From Candidatus Cloacimonadales bacterium (lineage in GTDB: Bacteria; Cloacimonadota; Cloacimonadia; Cloacimonadales; JAFGVF01), in assembly GCA_963663475.2 (NCBI GenBank), contig CAXXJV010000001.1:2560001-2624000 (forward strand): a stretch of 64,000 nt of DNA, in the 5' to 3' direction. The notes beneath the pieces are model-generated. The model did not search any database, was not told the DNA's origin, and was given only the letters and a program-made list of their open reading frames with translations. A program made the position numbers and the translations under genes. Positions 1 through 9,727 of the stretch are shown here, in pieces (the first letter of the stretch is position 1; each line of letters opens with the position of its first letter).

Positions 1-2552
1 TCAGCATCTAGTTTAACATAGAGTTTTTCTTCTGAAGGGATAAATTCATTTTTAAAGAGATCATAAGAGAAGTCTCCGATAATATTAACATCAGCATAAT
101 TATGGGAATTAAAGTAAAGATTATCTACATGGATTCTTTGAGGAAGGTAGAGGAGGTTAAAATAGACATCATTAACTGCAATATCTTGAATTTGGAAGTC
201 AGAGCCAACCCCTTTCAATCTAAATCTGTACTTGTCTTCTTCTCTAGAGTCATATCTAAAAGTTAAATCTCCACTAACAAAGCCTTGTAAGGGAATTATA
301 TTCTGATAATCTTTAAAATCTATTTCTTTGATAAGAGCATCAATATCTGCTTGCAAACCATCTTCAGTTTCAATAGAACCTGTGGCTGAGATAAGTATTT
401 GTCTCTCATTATAGACTATTAGTTCTTCTAGAGATATTAAATCTGTTAAGCCTTCAAAGCTAGCTTTCAATCCATAACCAGAAAAGCCAGCATACTCCAG
501 ACCAGTAATATTTACTTGTCCTTTAATCATTTCGTTGAACCAAAAATAATCAATATTTAAAGTTATGAAACCATTAGGATATTTTTCAGCTATTTTCTTA
601 GGTAAGAATTTTTTAAAGTCTCGCAAAGCAAGTTGATTAACCTCAAGTTTTAAACCTCTATCAGCAGACAATAAGTCTCTTCCCTTGATCACTATCTCTT
701 GATTAATTTTGAGATCAGCATTAAGTTCAGCAAATTTATTGAGAGACATTTGGGTTAGGATATTTAATTCTTGATTATATAGCTTACCATTAATAGTGTT
801 ATTGGAAAGAGCTAGTTGCTTGTCAGCGAGATTCCATTGTACATTAGTTCTAAGAGGAAGATAAATATTATCAGACAGGGCGGTAATTTCTAGATTTAAA
901 TCAGCTTGAACATTATCATTATCTTTTCTTAGATCTATTTTGCCATTAATAAGAGGATTTAATTCAGAGAATGAATCATTCTTCAAGCTAGTATAAGCCT
1001 TGTTTGCTTGAAAATCTAGGAAGGTTAGAGAGGCCTGAGAATTAGAAAAGGCTAAATCTGTTTCAACCTTCATTGAAAAATTATTATTATCTAAATTAGC
1101 AGATAAGAAATCTTTATCCAAACTAACAAAGCCAGAAATTGGGGGTAGCAAGGTCTCTTTATAACCAATTGTAAAGTCACTTACAGCTAATCTAAAATAT
1201 GAGTTACCTTCTAGGATAATACCTTTAGTTAGAAGGTCTCCCTGTAGGGTTATATTACTGTCTTCTTTATTTTTAATCAGAAGGTCAGCAGCTATATAGT
1301 TTTTGTGTAAGATACCATGACCAGTAATAAGATTTTGGTCGAGTTCAGTGTTATTTAGGTGTAATTCTAGTTGTTCTTGATAGTCTAGGCTAGCATCAAT
1401 GTTAGTTAAAACGAGAGAGTTAAAATCTAAGGTATCAGACTTTATCTGGCCTGTAATCAGTAAATCAGATGCATAGCCACTCACTCCTACATTAGCATTG
1501 ACAATTCCTTTCATAAAATTATAGGAATTAGCAATTTGATAGTTTTTAACATTAGCATCTGCTTCAATCTCAAGCCTATCAAAGAGTTTTATCAATCTAC
1601 CTTCTACACTAACTGGAATATTCATAAATGATGATTTAGCAGGTTTTACCAACAAGTCTTGACTATCCCCTGTAATAAGTAGTTCATCTAGTTGCAGAGG
1701 TAAGTCAAAAAGATTAGCTTTAGCCTGTTTACTAAATAAGTTTAAGCTTAAGAATAGTCCTTGGGGAGAATCAAACTCAAGTTTAGCTGAACCTACTAAG
1801 TTTAATTGTAAATCTTTAGCTACAGGAACATAGAGGGAATCAGGATTATAACCTGCTAGATCTAAAGTGATTTCATTAAGGCCTGTATCGGTAAATTTCA
1901 AAGCTACTTGAAAATCATTCTTTCTATTATCAAGCATCTTGACTTGCAGATTTTTATCTCTCTGATTATCAAAAGTTATATCAGCTTGCGAAAATGTATC
2001 TCTGATACCGAAATAAGACTTATAAACAACCTCAGCTTCAAGGTCTGCTTTCTCGATAGTAACCTTCCTAACATAATCCCTGATATCAAATGGTTTATCA
2101 TTTTCTTTTTCTTCTATTTTGTCTCTTCTCTCTCTGGATGTTTTTTCTTTCTCTAAGAACTTCTGGTCATATTTTATTTTAGGACTATCAATATAGAGAG
2201 AATCTACAACTTGCACTAGCCAATTTGTTGGATTAATAAGGGATGAATAATTCAAGTCTAAGTTCAGTTTTGGGGTATTTAGATAATAGTATATATCATT
2301 TTGCGATTCAACTATTAGGTCATCGAAATAAATACCAGTACTATTTATATCAATCTTAGACATGCTTATATCAGTCTTAGCTAAATCAGCTACTGTATTT
2401 TCTAAGAGATACTTGGCAATATCATTTCTTTTCCAAACAAGAGTAAAGATAAGAGTTATAAATATTAAGAGCAAGATATATATTACTGACCTTTTCTTCC
2501 ATCTCTTTTTAGATTTTTGAATCTTATTAGACTGATTAGTGATTTTTTTCAT
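1..2552 (-). CDS. Large envelope protein, TamB/AsmA-like (runs off the left edge of the window)
   Basis: ATG at 2552 overlaps the lolD stop (ATGA). Translation starts MKKITNQSNKIQKSKKRWKKRSVIYILLLIFITLIFTLVW (basic stretch plus TM anchor), then beta-rich sequence. Missing from the ORF track because no stop lies in the window. Follows lolCE/lolD. Confidence 0.6.
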   Translation of the reverse strand, partial: MKKITNQSNKIQKSKKRWKKRSVIYILLLIFITLIFTLVWKRNDIAKYLLENTVADLAKTDISMSKIDINSTGIYFDDLIVESQNDIYYYLNTPKLNLDLNYSSLINPTNWLVQVVDSLYIDSPKIKYDQKFLEKEKTSRERRDKIEEKENDKPFDIRDYVRKVTIEKADLEAEVVYKSYFGIRDTFSQADITFDNQRDKNLQVKMLDNRKNDFQVALKFTDTGLNEITLDLAGYNPDSLYVPVAKDLQLNLVGSAKLEFDSPQGLFLSLNLFSKQAKANLFDLPLQLDELLITGDSQDLLVKPAKSSFMNIPVSVEGRLIKLFDRLEIEADANVKNYQIANSYNFMKGIVNANVGVSGYASDLLITGQIKSDTLDFNSLVLTNIDASLDYQEQLELHLNNTELDQNLITGHGILHKNYIAADLLIKNKEDSNITLQGDLLTKGIILEGNSYFRLAVSDFTIGYKETLLPPISGFVSLDKDFLSANLDNNNFSMKVETDLAFSNSQASLTFLDFQANKAYTSLKNDSFSELNPLINGKIDLRKDNDNVQADLNLEITALSDNIYLPLRTNVQWNLADKQLALSNNTINGKLYNQELNILTQMSLNKFAELNADLKINQEIVIKGRDLLSADRGLKLEVNQLALRDFKKFLPKKIAEKYPNGFITLNIDYFWFNEMIKGQVNITGLEYAGFSGYGLKASFEGLTDLISLEELIVYNERQILISATGSIETEDGLQADIDALIKEIDFKDYQNIIPLQGFVSGDLTFRYDSREEDKYRFRLKGVGSDFQIQDIAVNDVYFNLLYLPQRIHVDNLYFNSHNYADVNIIGDFSYDLFKNEFIPSEEKLYVKLDA

Positions 2553-3214
2553 ATAAGACTTAGTTTACCCTCTCGGATAGTATAGTGGGTATCTTCTGTA
2601 GATACTAAACTTAGATCATGAGTAACAAAGATTATAGTCAATCCTTGTTTGTTTAAATCTCTAAGAATATCCATTACAATTTTTGTAGTTTCATTATCAA
2701 GATTTCCTGAAGGTTCATCAGCTAAAAGTATCATTGGTTTAGTAACGATAGCTCTAGCAATTGCGATTCTTTGTTCTTCTCCCCCACTAAGTTGATTAGG
2801 GAAATGATTTATTCTATCTAATAAGGCTAATTTCTCGATAATAGATTGAGCTTTTGCATAAGCTTCTTTTTTCTTAAGACCTTGCACTAGCAGAGGAATA
2901 GCTACATTTTCTAAGGCGGTAAAATCTTCTAAGAGGTAATGAAATTGGAAAATAAAGCCAATGTTCCTGTTGCGGAAACTTTCTATGTTAGAGATTTTAG
3001 TATGAACTTTTCCATCCAAAGAAATCTCTCCTGAATCTGGGCTATCTAATAAGCCAATGAGATGAAGTAAGGTACTCTTACCACAACCAGATGCACCTGT
3101 TATTGCTACAAATTCGCCTTTTTTTACTGTAAGATCTATTTCTTTTAGTACATTTAGTTTATGATTAGCATCGCGATAACTTTTACTAACTTTATTTAGT
3201 TTAATTATTTCCAT
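2549..3214 (-). CDS. lolD: Lipoprotein-releasing ABC transporter ATP-binding protein (LolD-like)
   Basis: Walker A GASGCGKST, GFIFQFHYLLEDFTALENV, LSGGEEQRIAIARA, DEPSGNLD. Confidence 0.85.
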   Translation of the reverse strand: MEIIKLNKVSKSYRDANHKLNVLKEIDLTVKKGEFVAITGASGCGKSTLLHLIGLLDSPDSGEISLDGKVHTKISNIESFRNRNIGFIFQFHYLLEDFTALENVAIPLLVQGLKKKEAYAKAQSIIEKLALLDRINHFPNQLSGGEEQRIAIARAIVTKPMILLADEPSGNLDNETTKIVMDILRDLNKQGLTIIFVTHDLSLVSTEDTHYTIREGKLSLI

Positions 3215-3215
3215 T

Positions 3216-4445
3216 TTAGCGTCTCAATATTTTTATTATTTCAAGTTTATTTATTGATCTAAGAGATAGTAGGATAGTAACAGACATAATAAGAAGAGTA
3301 GTTCCGTAGATCAAAATGAGTGATGAGAATGAGGGGTTTATCATTATTTTATCTATAAAATAGATATCAGCTTTTAAGGTAAAATAATCTTGATGAGTTA
3401 ATAGATAGGCTAAACCATAACCTACCAGTAAACCAAGTATTATACCTATATGAGTCAAAAGTAATGAAAAGATATAATATAGTAGTTTTACCTGACTTCT
3501 TTTTAGCCCAAGTGTCATTAGAATTCCAATTTCTTCAATCTTCTCATTAATGATTGTACTGATTGTACTTATTACATTAAAAGCAGCTACAATGATAATA
3601 ATACAAAGAATCAGAAAAATCATCATTTTTTGTAGGGTAAGAGCTGCAAAAATAGATGAATCATAAGAAATTACATCATGTGCATAAAGAATAGGCAGAC
3701 TTGTCATGAAATCTCTGTTGAGTTGGCTAGCAATCTCTGAGCTTTTATCGCTATTTCTTTGATTTAAAATTAGAGAATAGTCAGAATCTTTCAGCTTTTT
3801 ACCACTCAATGTTAACAATTTATCGGAAGAAACAATCGCCCTAGTAAGATCAATGTCATAAAGACCTGTTTTATAAACATCTTTGACCATTAAGTCTTGA
3901 GATTGGTTAACTAATCCAAATATAGAATACCTAATTGAACTAGGTAGTATAACTTGAATTGTATCACCAACCTGAGCATTAAGTTCTTTAGCTAAATATT
4001 GGCCAAGAATTATTTGATTTTTTCCAAGTTGGAAACTTTTATTATTAGCAAAAGGATAAACAAGAGAATTATAAGCAGAATTCTCTTGATAAAATCCTTC
4101 TAAATAGGCTGGAGATTTCTCCCCTTTTCTACTAATAATTACAGATAATTTCTTGCGATTTGCTATAGCTCTAATATCATTCTTGTAATTCGCGAGAATA
4201 CTATTCAGCTTAGCTTCCTGAGTAGAAGTTAGCTCCTGACTATTATTCACGATAACTATATCAGGCTGAGATGCTTTAAAGGCCTGGCTTAGAGTTTCTT
4301 CATAACTTTCAAAGAGAATCATAGACAGACTTAGTGCCCCTACAGCTATTATGATACCAAGTATCATAAATATTGAATTCTTCCCCCAAGAGGATTTTTT
4401 AAGTCTCTTTAGACTCTTCCAATATAAAGGAATTAATTGTTTCAC
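3216..4445 (-). CDS. LolC/E (MacB/FtsX family) ABC permease
   Basis: N-terminal TM, large periplasmic region, then IIVAAFNVISTI...EIGILMTLG and three C-terminal TMs; adjacent to lolD. Confidence 0.85.
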   Translation of the reverse strand: MKQLIPLYWKSLKRLKKSSWGKNSIFMILGIIIAVGALSLSMILFESYEETLSQAFKASQPDIVIVNNSQELTSTQEAKLNSILANYKNDIRAIANRKKLSVIISRKGEKSPAYLEGFYQENSAYNSLVYPFANNKSFQLGKNQIILGQYLAKELNAQVGDTIQVILPSSIRYSIFGLVNQSQDLMVKDVYKTGLYDIDLTRAIVSSDKLLTLSGKKLKDSDYSLILNQRNSDKSSEIASQLNRDFMTSLPILYAHDVISYDSSIFAALTLQKMMIFLILCIIIIVAAFNVISTISTIINEKIEEIGILMTLGLKRSQVKLLYYIFSLLLTHIGIILGLLVGYGLAYLLTHQDYFTLKADIYFIDKIMINPSFSSLILIYGTTLLIMSVTILLSLRSINKLEIIKILRR

Positions 4446-4930
4446 TAGTTATCTCTTTCTGAAGGAGCAGGTAATTCAATTATTATTTTTTCAGGTTCTG
4501 GCTCAGCTTCAGCTTCTTGGATTTCACTATGTGCTTTAAATATTGAAAATTCATTATTCTTAAACATATCTATTACATAAACAACTAAGAACACTGTTAC
4601 TGTGATGATAAGCAAAGCATAAATGAAATTATAAGAAATTAGAAACTTTCGCTCTTGCTTATACTCTAATGATTTGAAATTATTTACTTTATATTCAGGA
4701 TATTTGCTTTCTATGATTGAAATAATCTTACTCTGATTAATATTTAGCTTCCTTACAATTGTATAAGCATAACTCTTTACTACTCCAAAGCCACCTAAAG
4801 ACTCTATATCATCCTCTTCTAATAGGACAAGGTGGTCTTTTTTGATTAATGTAATATCTGCTAACTCTTCTATTGAAAGATTGTGTTCTTCCCTTATACT
4901 TCTTATATATTGTCCTATACTATCCATCAT
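4445..4930 (-). CDS. RodZ-like HTH membrane protein
   Basis: SIGQYIRSIREEHNLSIEELADITLI XRE-type HTH followed by one TM segment; ATG 4930 overlaps the dapF stop, GGAG RBS. Confidence 0.7.
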   Translation of the reverse strand: MMDSIGQYIRSIREEHNLSIEELADITLIKKDHLVLLEEDDIESLGGFGVVKSYAYTIVRKLNINQSKIISIIESKYPEYKVNNFKSLEYKQERKFLISYNFIYALLIITVTVFLVVYVIDMFKNNEFSIFKAHSEIQEAEAEPEPEKIIIELPAPSERDN

Positions 4931-5718
4931 AAACTCCATTTGAAGGTACCTTGGCAGACTATTCTAACCTCACCTTCTAAATTTACATTATTATTACTCT
5001 GAAAAACCTTTAGGTCTCCCCCATCTAATCCAACAATAATAGATGAATCTACTAAACTAGCTTGATAACAATCCCAAAAAAGGGCACTAGCGCCACTCCC
5101 ACAGGCAAAGGTAAGTCCGCTACCTCGTTCATAAACTATTGCCTCTACTCTTTTTGGAGATACTACATCTATTAATTCTATATTTATTCCATCAGGAAAA
5201 TCTCTAGTCTTCTGTAAATCTTCTGCAAGCTTGAGAAATTCAGCACGAGTCAAGTTTGCCTCTTTGTTATTAACAATAAGATGTAAATTACCAATATCAA
5301 TAACATTACCATTAAGACTAGGTGAAAAAAAATTTCTTACTAGTTTAGGCTGACCCATCTCTACCCTTACACAAGCTTGTTCAACATCAACTTTCGCCTG
5401 TTTCACTCCACTTAAACTATTAATACTTATCTCTACCTTACCCATATCTTGAGCAAGTAAATAAGCCAGAGATCTAAGAGCATTTCCACACATCTTTGCC
5501 TCAGAACCATCACTGTTAAATATCCTCATAAAACAGTCAGCTTCTACATCTGGATTAATTACCACTAATCCATCTGAACCTATGCCAAATCTAATATCAC
5601 TAACAGCTATTGCTAGACTAGTCAAATCTATATCTTGTAAGGATAAATCCCTATTATCCACATAAATATAATTATTTCCTTGGGCTGTAATTTTTGTAAA
5701 GTTAATATTCTTATTCAT
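4927..5718 (-). CDS. dapF: Diaminopimelate epimerase
   Basis: GIGSDG, IFNSDGSEAKMCGNALR, ERGSGLTFACGSGA catalytic Cys motifs. Confidence 0.95.
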   Translation of the reverse strand: MNKNINFTKITAQGNNYIYVDNRDLSLQDIDLTSLAIAVSDIRFGIGSDGLVVINPDVEADCFMRIFNSDGSEAKMCGNALRSLAYLLAQDMGKVEISINSLSGVKQAKVDVEQACVRVEMGQPKLVRNFFSPSLNGNVIDIGNLHLIVNNKEANLTRAEFLKLAEDLQKTRDFPDGINIELIDVVSPKRVEAIVYERGSGLTFACGSGASALFWDCYQASLVDSSIIVGLDGGDLKVFQSNNNVNLEGEVRIVCQGTFKWSL

Positions 5719-6424
5719 CTAAGGCAAAAATCTCTCTAAAATAATCACTGAAGTTATAAAATCCTTGCTTACAAGCAATCCAGTCAATAGATTTAACAGC
5801 TCCTGAAACAAATGCTGCCCTATCTCTAGCTAGATGCTTCATTTCAATGAAATCAAAATTACCATCAAAACCAAGGACATGGGTTCCTGGTTTCTTACCA
5901 GCTCGAATAGCTTCAAATTCAAATCCTGGTCTCATTTCAGAATAGTTAGATTTTACTAGACCAGTAATATATTTAGCAGTACCAGATGGTTTGTCTTTTT
6001 TCTCCTTATGATGTTCTTCAAAAGCATAGAGATCATACTCAGGAATCTTATTCATCATTTTAGCTAGATAAGCTACCATCTGAAAATAAATATTCATCCC
6101 AACAGAAAAATTAGCACCGAAAATTATTCCTACATGATATTTATTAGCAATAACTTTCACTTTTTCTATATCATCATACCAACCTGAAGTTCCTATGATT
6201 ATGTTTACACCACATTTAGCTAAAGATTCTATCCGTCTAACCACTCCCTCAGGTTGGGTAAACTCCAGAGCAATCTCAGCTCCATTTAAGCTATCTCTGC
6301 TTATTTGTTTGTTATATTTTGACATGCTATCATCGATAATAGAAACAATTTCATGTCCTTTTTTCTCGCATAAAGAGTGGAGCATTTGCCCCATTTTTCC
6401 ATAGCCAATTAAAGCAATTTTCAT
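5711..6424 (-). CDS. dapB: 4-hydroxy-tetrahydrodipicolinate reductase
   Basis: GYGKMG Rossmann motif, EEHHKEKKDKPSGTA, ANFSVG; likely start ATG 6424 with GAGG RBS. Confidence 0.95.
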   Translation of the reverse strand: MKIALIGYGKMGQMLHSLCEKKGHEIVSIIDDSMSKYNKQISRDSLNGAEIALEFTQPEGVVRRIESLAKCGVNIIIGTSGWYDDIEKVKVIANKYHVGIIFGANFSVGMNIYFQMVAYLAKMMNKIPEYDLYAFEEHHKEKKDKPSGTAKYITGLVKSNYSEMRPGFEFEAIRAGKKPGTHVLGFDGNFDFIEMKHLARDRAAFVSGAVKSIDWIACKQGFYNFSDYFREIFALDE

Positions 6425-6607
6425 ATTTATACCTCTTTTATTCATAATAAAATACTTTTAATATTTTGTCAATTATATATTTGTAGTTCAATTAAAGGTC
6501 TTTGTTCTACTTCCTATCTGTTAATTACACTAACAAAATAATTGACATATTTATGATTTGTTTTTTAATTGAAACAAATACTAAAAATTAATATTTAAGG
6601 AGTTATA

Positions 6608-7855
6608 ATGCCTATATTTAGACCTTTCAAGGCTGTTAGACCTGTTCCTGCAAAAGCTAAAGAAATCGCTTCTTTACCTTACGATGTTATGGATTCTGAT
6701 GAAGCTCGTTTAGAAGTTAAAAAGAATCCTCTTTCATTTATTCATGTTGAAAAAGCTGAAGTTGACCTTCCTGAAGGTACAAGTCTTTATAGTGACGAAG
6801 TTTATAATAAAGCTAAAGAAAACCTGTACAACTATGTGAAAAATGGTCATATGATTCAAGATGAAAAAGCTGCTTTCTATGTTTATCGTCAAATTATGGA
6901 TGGCAGAGTACAAACTGGTTTAGTTGGTTGTGCAGCTACTGAAGATTACATGAACAATATCATTAAAAAACATGAGCTTACTCGTGCAGCTAAAGAAGCT
7001 GATAGAATTAAACATGTTGATATCTGTGATGCTCACTCTTCTCCTGTTTTCTTCACATATAGACACAGAGATGATATTAATGCTGTTGTAAATAAAACTA
7101 TTGCTGGTCCTGCAGAATATGACTTTGTCGCAGACGATGGTATTGCTCATGCTTTATGGGTTATCTCTGATGATCAAGATATAGAAACTATTACTAAAGC
7201 CTTTGCTGACATGGATTACCTCTATGTAGCTGATGGCCACCATAGAACTGCTTCTGCTGCAAAAGTTGGCTTACTCAGAAAAGAAGCAAATCCTAACCAT
7301 ACAGGTCAAGAAGAATATAACTTCTTTATGACTGTTATCTTCCCTGATAATGATCTTTATATAATGGACTACAATAGAGTTGTCAAAGATTTAAATGGTC
7401 ATTCTCAAGAAGATTTCTTCAAACTTATTGAAGAAAAATTTGACATTGAAAAGTTTGCTGGTCAAACTGCTTACCACCCTGAAGCAAGACATAATTTTGG
7501 CATGTATATCCAAGGTCAATGGTATAAATTAACTGCTAAAGAAGGAACTTTCGATGAAAAGTCTCCTACAAAATCACTTGATGTTTCTATTCTTCAAGAA
7601 AACCTCCTTCACCCAATTCTTAATATTGGCGACCCTCGTACCGATGAAAGAATCGACTTCATTGGTGGCATTAGAGGTTTAGGTGAGTTAGAAAAAAGAG
7701 TTGATTCTGGTAGAGAAGTTGTGGCTTTTGCTATGTTCCCAACCTCAATCGAAGAGTTAATGAATATCGCTGATGCAGGTGAAATTATGCCTCCTAAATC
7801 AACTTGGTTTGAACCAAAACTTAGATCAGGCCTTTTCATTCATCCACTAAAATAA
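6608..7855 (+). CDS. DUF1015 family protein
   Basis: PYDV, IKKHELTR, YVADGHHRTASA, MPPKSTWFEPKLRSGL family motifs. Confidence 0.9.
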   Translation: MPIFRPFKAVRPVPAKAKEIASLPYDVMDSDEARLEVKKNPLSFIHVEKAEVDLPEGTSLYSDEVYNKAKENLYNYVKNGHMIQDEKAAFYVYRQIMDGRVQTGLVGCAATEDYMNNIIKKHELTRAAKEADRIKHVDICDAHSSPVFFTYRHRDDINAVVNKTIAGPAEYDFVADDGIAHALWVISDDQDIETITKAFADMDYLYVADGHHRTASAAKVGLLRKEANPNHTGQEEYNFFMTVIFPDNDLYIMDYNRVVKDLNGHSQEDFFKLIEEKFDIEKFAGQTAYHPEARHNFGMYIQGQWYKLTAKEGTFDEKSPTKSLDVSILQENLLHPILNIGDPRTDERIDFIGGIRGLGELEKRVDSGREVVAFAMFPTSIEELMNIADAGEIMPPKSTWFEPKLRSGLFIHPLK

Positions 7856-7878
7856 GAACTTTAAATTTATTTATAACT

Positions 7879-7912
7879 AAAGAGTGTTAGACTTTCTAAC
7901 ACTCTTTTTTTT
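7879..7912 (+). terminator. Rho-independent terminator of the DUF1015 gene
   Basis: AAAGAGTGTTAG-acttt-CTAACACTCTTT followed by a T run. Confidence 0.85.
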
Positions 7913-7913
7913 A

Positions 7914-8171
7914 GGCTCAAGTTCAAGTCTGGTGGAAATTATGTTGCATTATTTATCATTTTATTAAACCCTTACAGGGTAATATCTTTGGGCTAGCCAT
8001 CATTACCCAGGCTTGCGATACTTTGAATCTTCGCTAAAGCTACGCCTTCACAAGTCAGCATCTTACCCTGGGCTAAATTATTTTATCCCTTTCAGGGATT
8101 TTTGATGAATCAATAAGTAATGAAATATTCTCATTTTCCTATATTATTCCCACCAGACTTGAACTTGAGCC
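7914..8171. mobile_element. MITE family A, complete copy carrying a Y1-transposase-end palindrome
   Basis: Terminal IRs GGCTCAAGTTCAAGTCTGGTGG / CCACCAGACTTGAACTTGAGCC; flanks TTTTTTTA vs TTTTTCTA; interior matches the ends of the tnpA at 59 kb. Confidence 0.8.
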
Positions 8172-8284
8172 TTTTTCTATTGTTAATCTCAAATTGTGGA
8201 TTTGAACTTTAATTCTTAGTTGACACTTTTAATGACATAATCAAGTATGCATTCGAGAAAAACAGAAAGGATAAAATTTTTACA

Positions 8285-9271
8285 ATGGACCAAATAACTC
8301 AAAGAGCTTTTAATAGAAGAAAGAAAGAGATTGAGCTAATAAAACTCTCAACTATAGGAAACTTTTGCTTCGGCTTAATAGGAATTTTCTTTGCTATTAT
8401 TACTAGCTCAAGATCAATCCTCTTCGATGGATTATATTCATTTGTCTTAAGTTTCTTTACTTTAATATCAGCTCGAGTTGTTAGATTAATAACTAAAGGG
8501 CAAACTGTTCAATATCAATTTGGTTATGGTGCTTTTGAACCATTACTGATAATTATTAGATCAATTTTCCTTTTCGGGATGTACATGGTTTTAGGTTATG
8601 AAGCCATAACTTCTCTTTTTCAGGGAGGATATTCAATTGTTACTTCCTTTGCCTTAATTTATTCCTTAATAAGTACAGGGGCTTGCTTAATTATCTGGAT
8701 AATTTTAAGAAAAACAGCTCGAAAAAACACATCTCCTGTGCTAAAAGCGGAAGCATATGGCTGGTTTTTAGATACTATTCTTTCAGCAGCTGTCTTATTA
8801 GCCTTCCTCCTTATCGCCTTCTTCAATTACATTGGAGCTGATTCACTAACCCATTACATAGACCCTTTAATTACCCTAAGTCTTGTAATTTTAATGTTAC
8901 CAGCACTTTTTACTATGTTTCTAGTTAATTTCAGAGATATGGTTTCAGCAGCACCACCCATAGAGATTCAGGAAGAGTTAAGAAGAATTATGCAGGGTTT
9001 TCAAGATAAATATGCTTTTGCCAATATTGAAAATTTTTCTGAAAAAAGAGGAAGAAGTCTTTATTTGATATCCCATGTTTATCTAAATCAGGAAGTGACA
9101 ATGAAGACTTTAGATAAGATTAGAAAAGAAATGGTGAAAGAAATCAAGGCTTGGTGGTTCTATTCTGATATTGATATTGTTTTTACTCTCAATCCTGCTT
9201 GGATTCAATTATCCAATATTAACTCAGAAATCGATCCAGATTCTAAATCTGATAATGAAGATATCCACTAG
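8285..9271 (+). CDS. Cation diffusion facilitator (CDF) family transporter
   Basis: Six TMs, SILFDGLYS, FGYGAFEPL, AEAYGWFLDT, YIDPLIT, cytosolic C-terminal domain. Confidence 0.85.
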   Translation: MDQITQRAFNRRKKEIELIKLSTIGNFCFGLIGIFFAIITSSRSILFDGLYSFVLSFFTLISARVVRLITKGQTVQYQFGYGAFEPLLIIIRSIFLFGMYMVLGYEAITSLFQGGYSIVTSFALIYSLISTGACLIIWIILRKTARKNTSPVLKAEAYGWFLDTILSAAVLLAFLLIAFFNYIGADSLTHYIDPLITLSLVILMLPALFTMFLVNFRDMVSAAPPIEIQEELRRIMQGFQDKYAFANIENFSEKRGRSLYLISHVYLNQEVTMKTLDKIRKEMVKEIKAWWFYSDIDIVFTLNPAWIQLSNINSEIDPDSKSDNEDIH

Positions 9272-9380
9272 AGCAAAAATATAAATTAAGGTCAAGGTCA
9301 AGCTCAAGACTATAGAAATCTTTGAATATAAATTCAAATAAGGCAATAGATCTTTGAGAATAGCACTATATTATCCTTAG

Positions 9381-9459
9381 CATCCTTAATCCTTCCTTTA
9401 CAGTCTTTCGATGAAAGTCCGTGTTTCATCGAAAGACTGTAAAGGAAGGATTAAGGATG
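9381..9459. repeat. Perfect 36-bp-stem palindrome (family D), copy 1
   Basis: CATCCTTAATCCTTCCTTTACAGTCTTTCGATGAAA-gtccgtg-exact reverse complement; second copy at 58629-58707. Confidence 0.9.
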
Positions 9460-9611
9460 GATAGGGAGAAATTTGATATCTTTGTGTTCTTTGGGTAAAT
9501 ATTCTTCTTCAGCCTCTGCTGTAACCTGCAATCCCCTTGACCTCAGATTGACTTCTTGTCACTTGGGTGTCAGGACTCCTTTTAGTCCGTCGGTTCAGAT
9601 AAGATTCTGGG

Positions 9612-9644
9612 TAAAAAAGAAAGGGAGCTTACCAGAAGCTCCCC
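9612..9644 (-). terminator. Rho-independent terminator of the M3 peptidase gene
   Basis: Minus strand GGGAGCTT-ctggt-AAGCTCCC followed by TTTCTTTTTT. Confidence 0.8.
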
Positions 9645-9727
9645 AAACAATATTTATTTTCATAGTTATAAGTATTTGCTAATAATTATACTACAAAAGT
9701 TTTCTAATATCAATTATAACTTATTAT

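Noticed and set aside
1908-2156. 82-aa plus-strand ORF and other short antisense ORFs over dapB, DUF1015, mgtE, pyrE, pdxA and the giant gene
   Set aside because: They lie opposite well-supported genes and have no RBS or motifs
9486-9616. 6S RNA, SAM-I or cobalamin riboswitch
   Set aside because: Only isolated short motif resemblances (GGTTACAGC, CTTATC, CTGTAA); the required pairings and conserved cores are absent; ORF 9473-9682 is also unsupported
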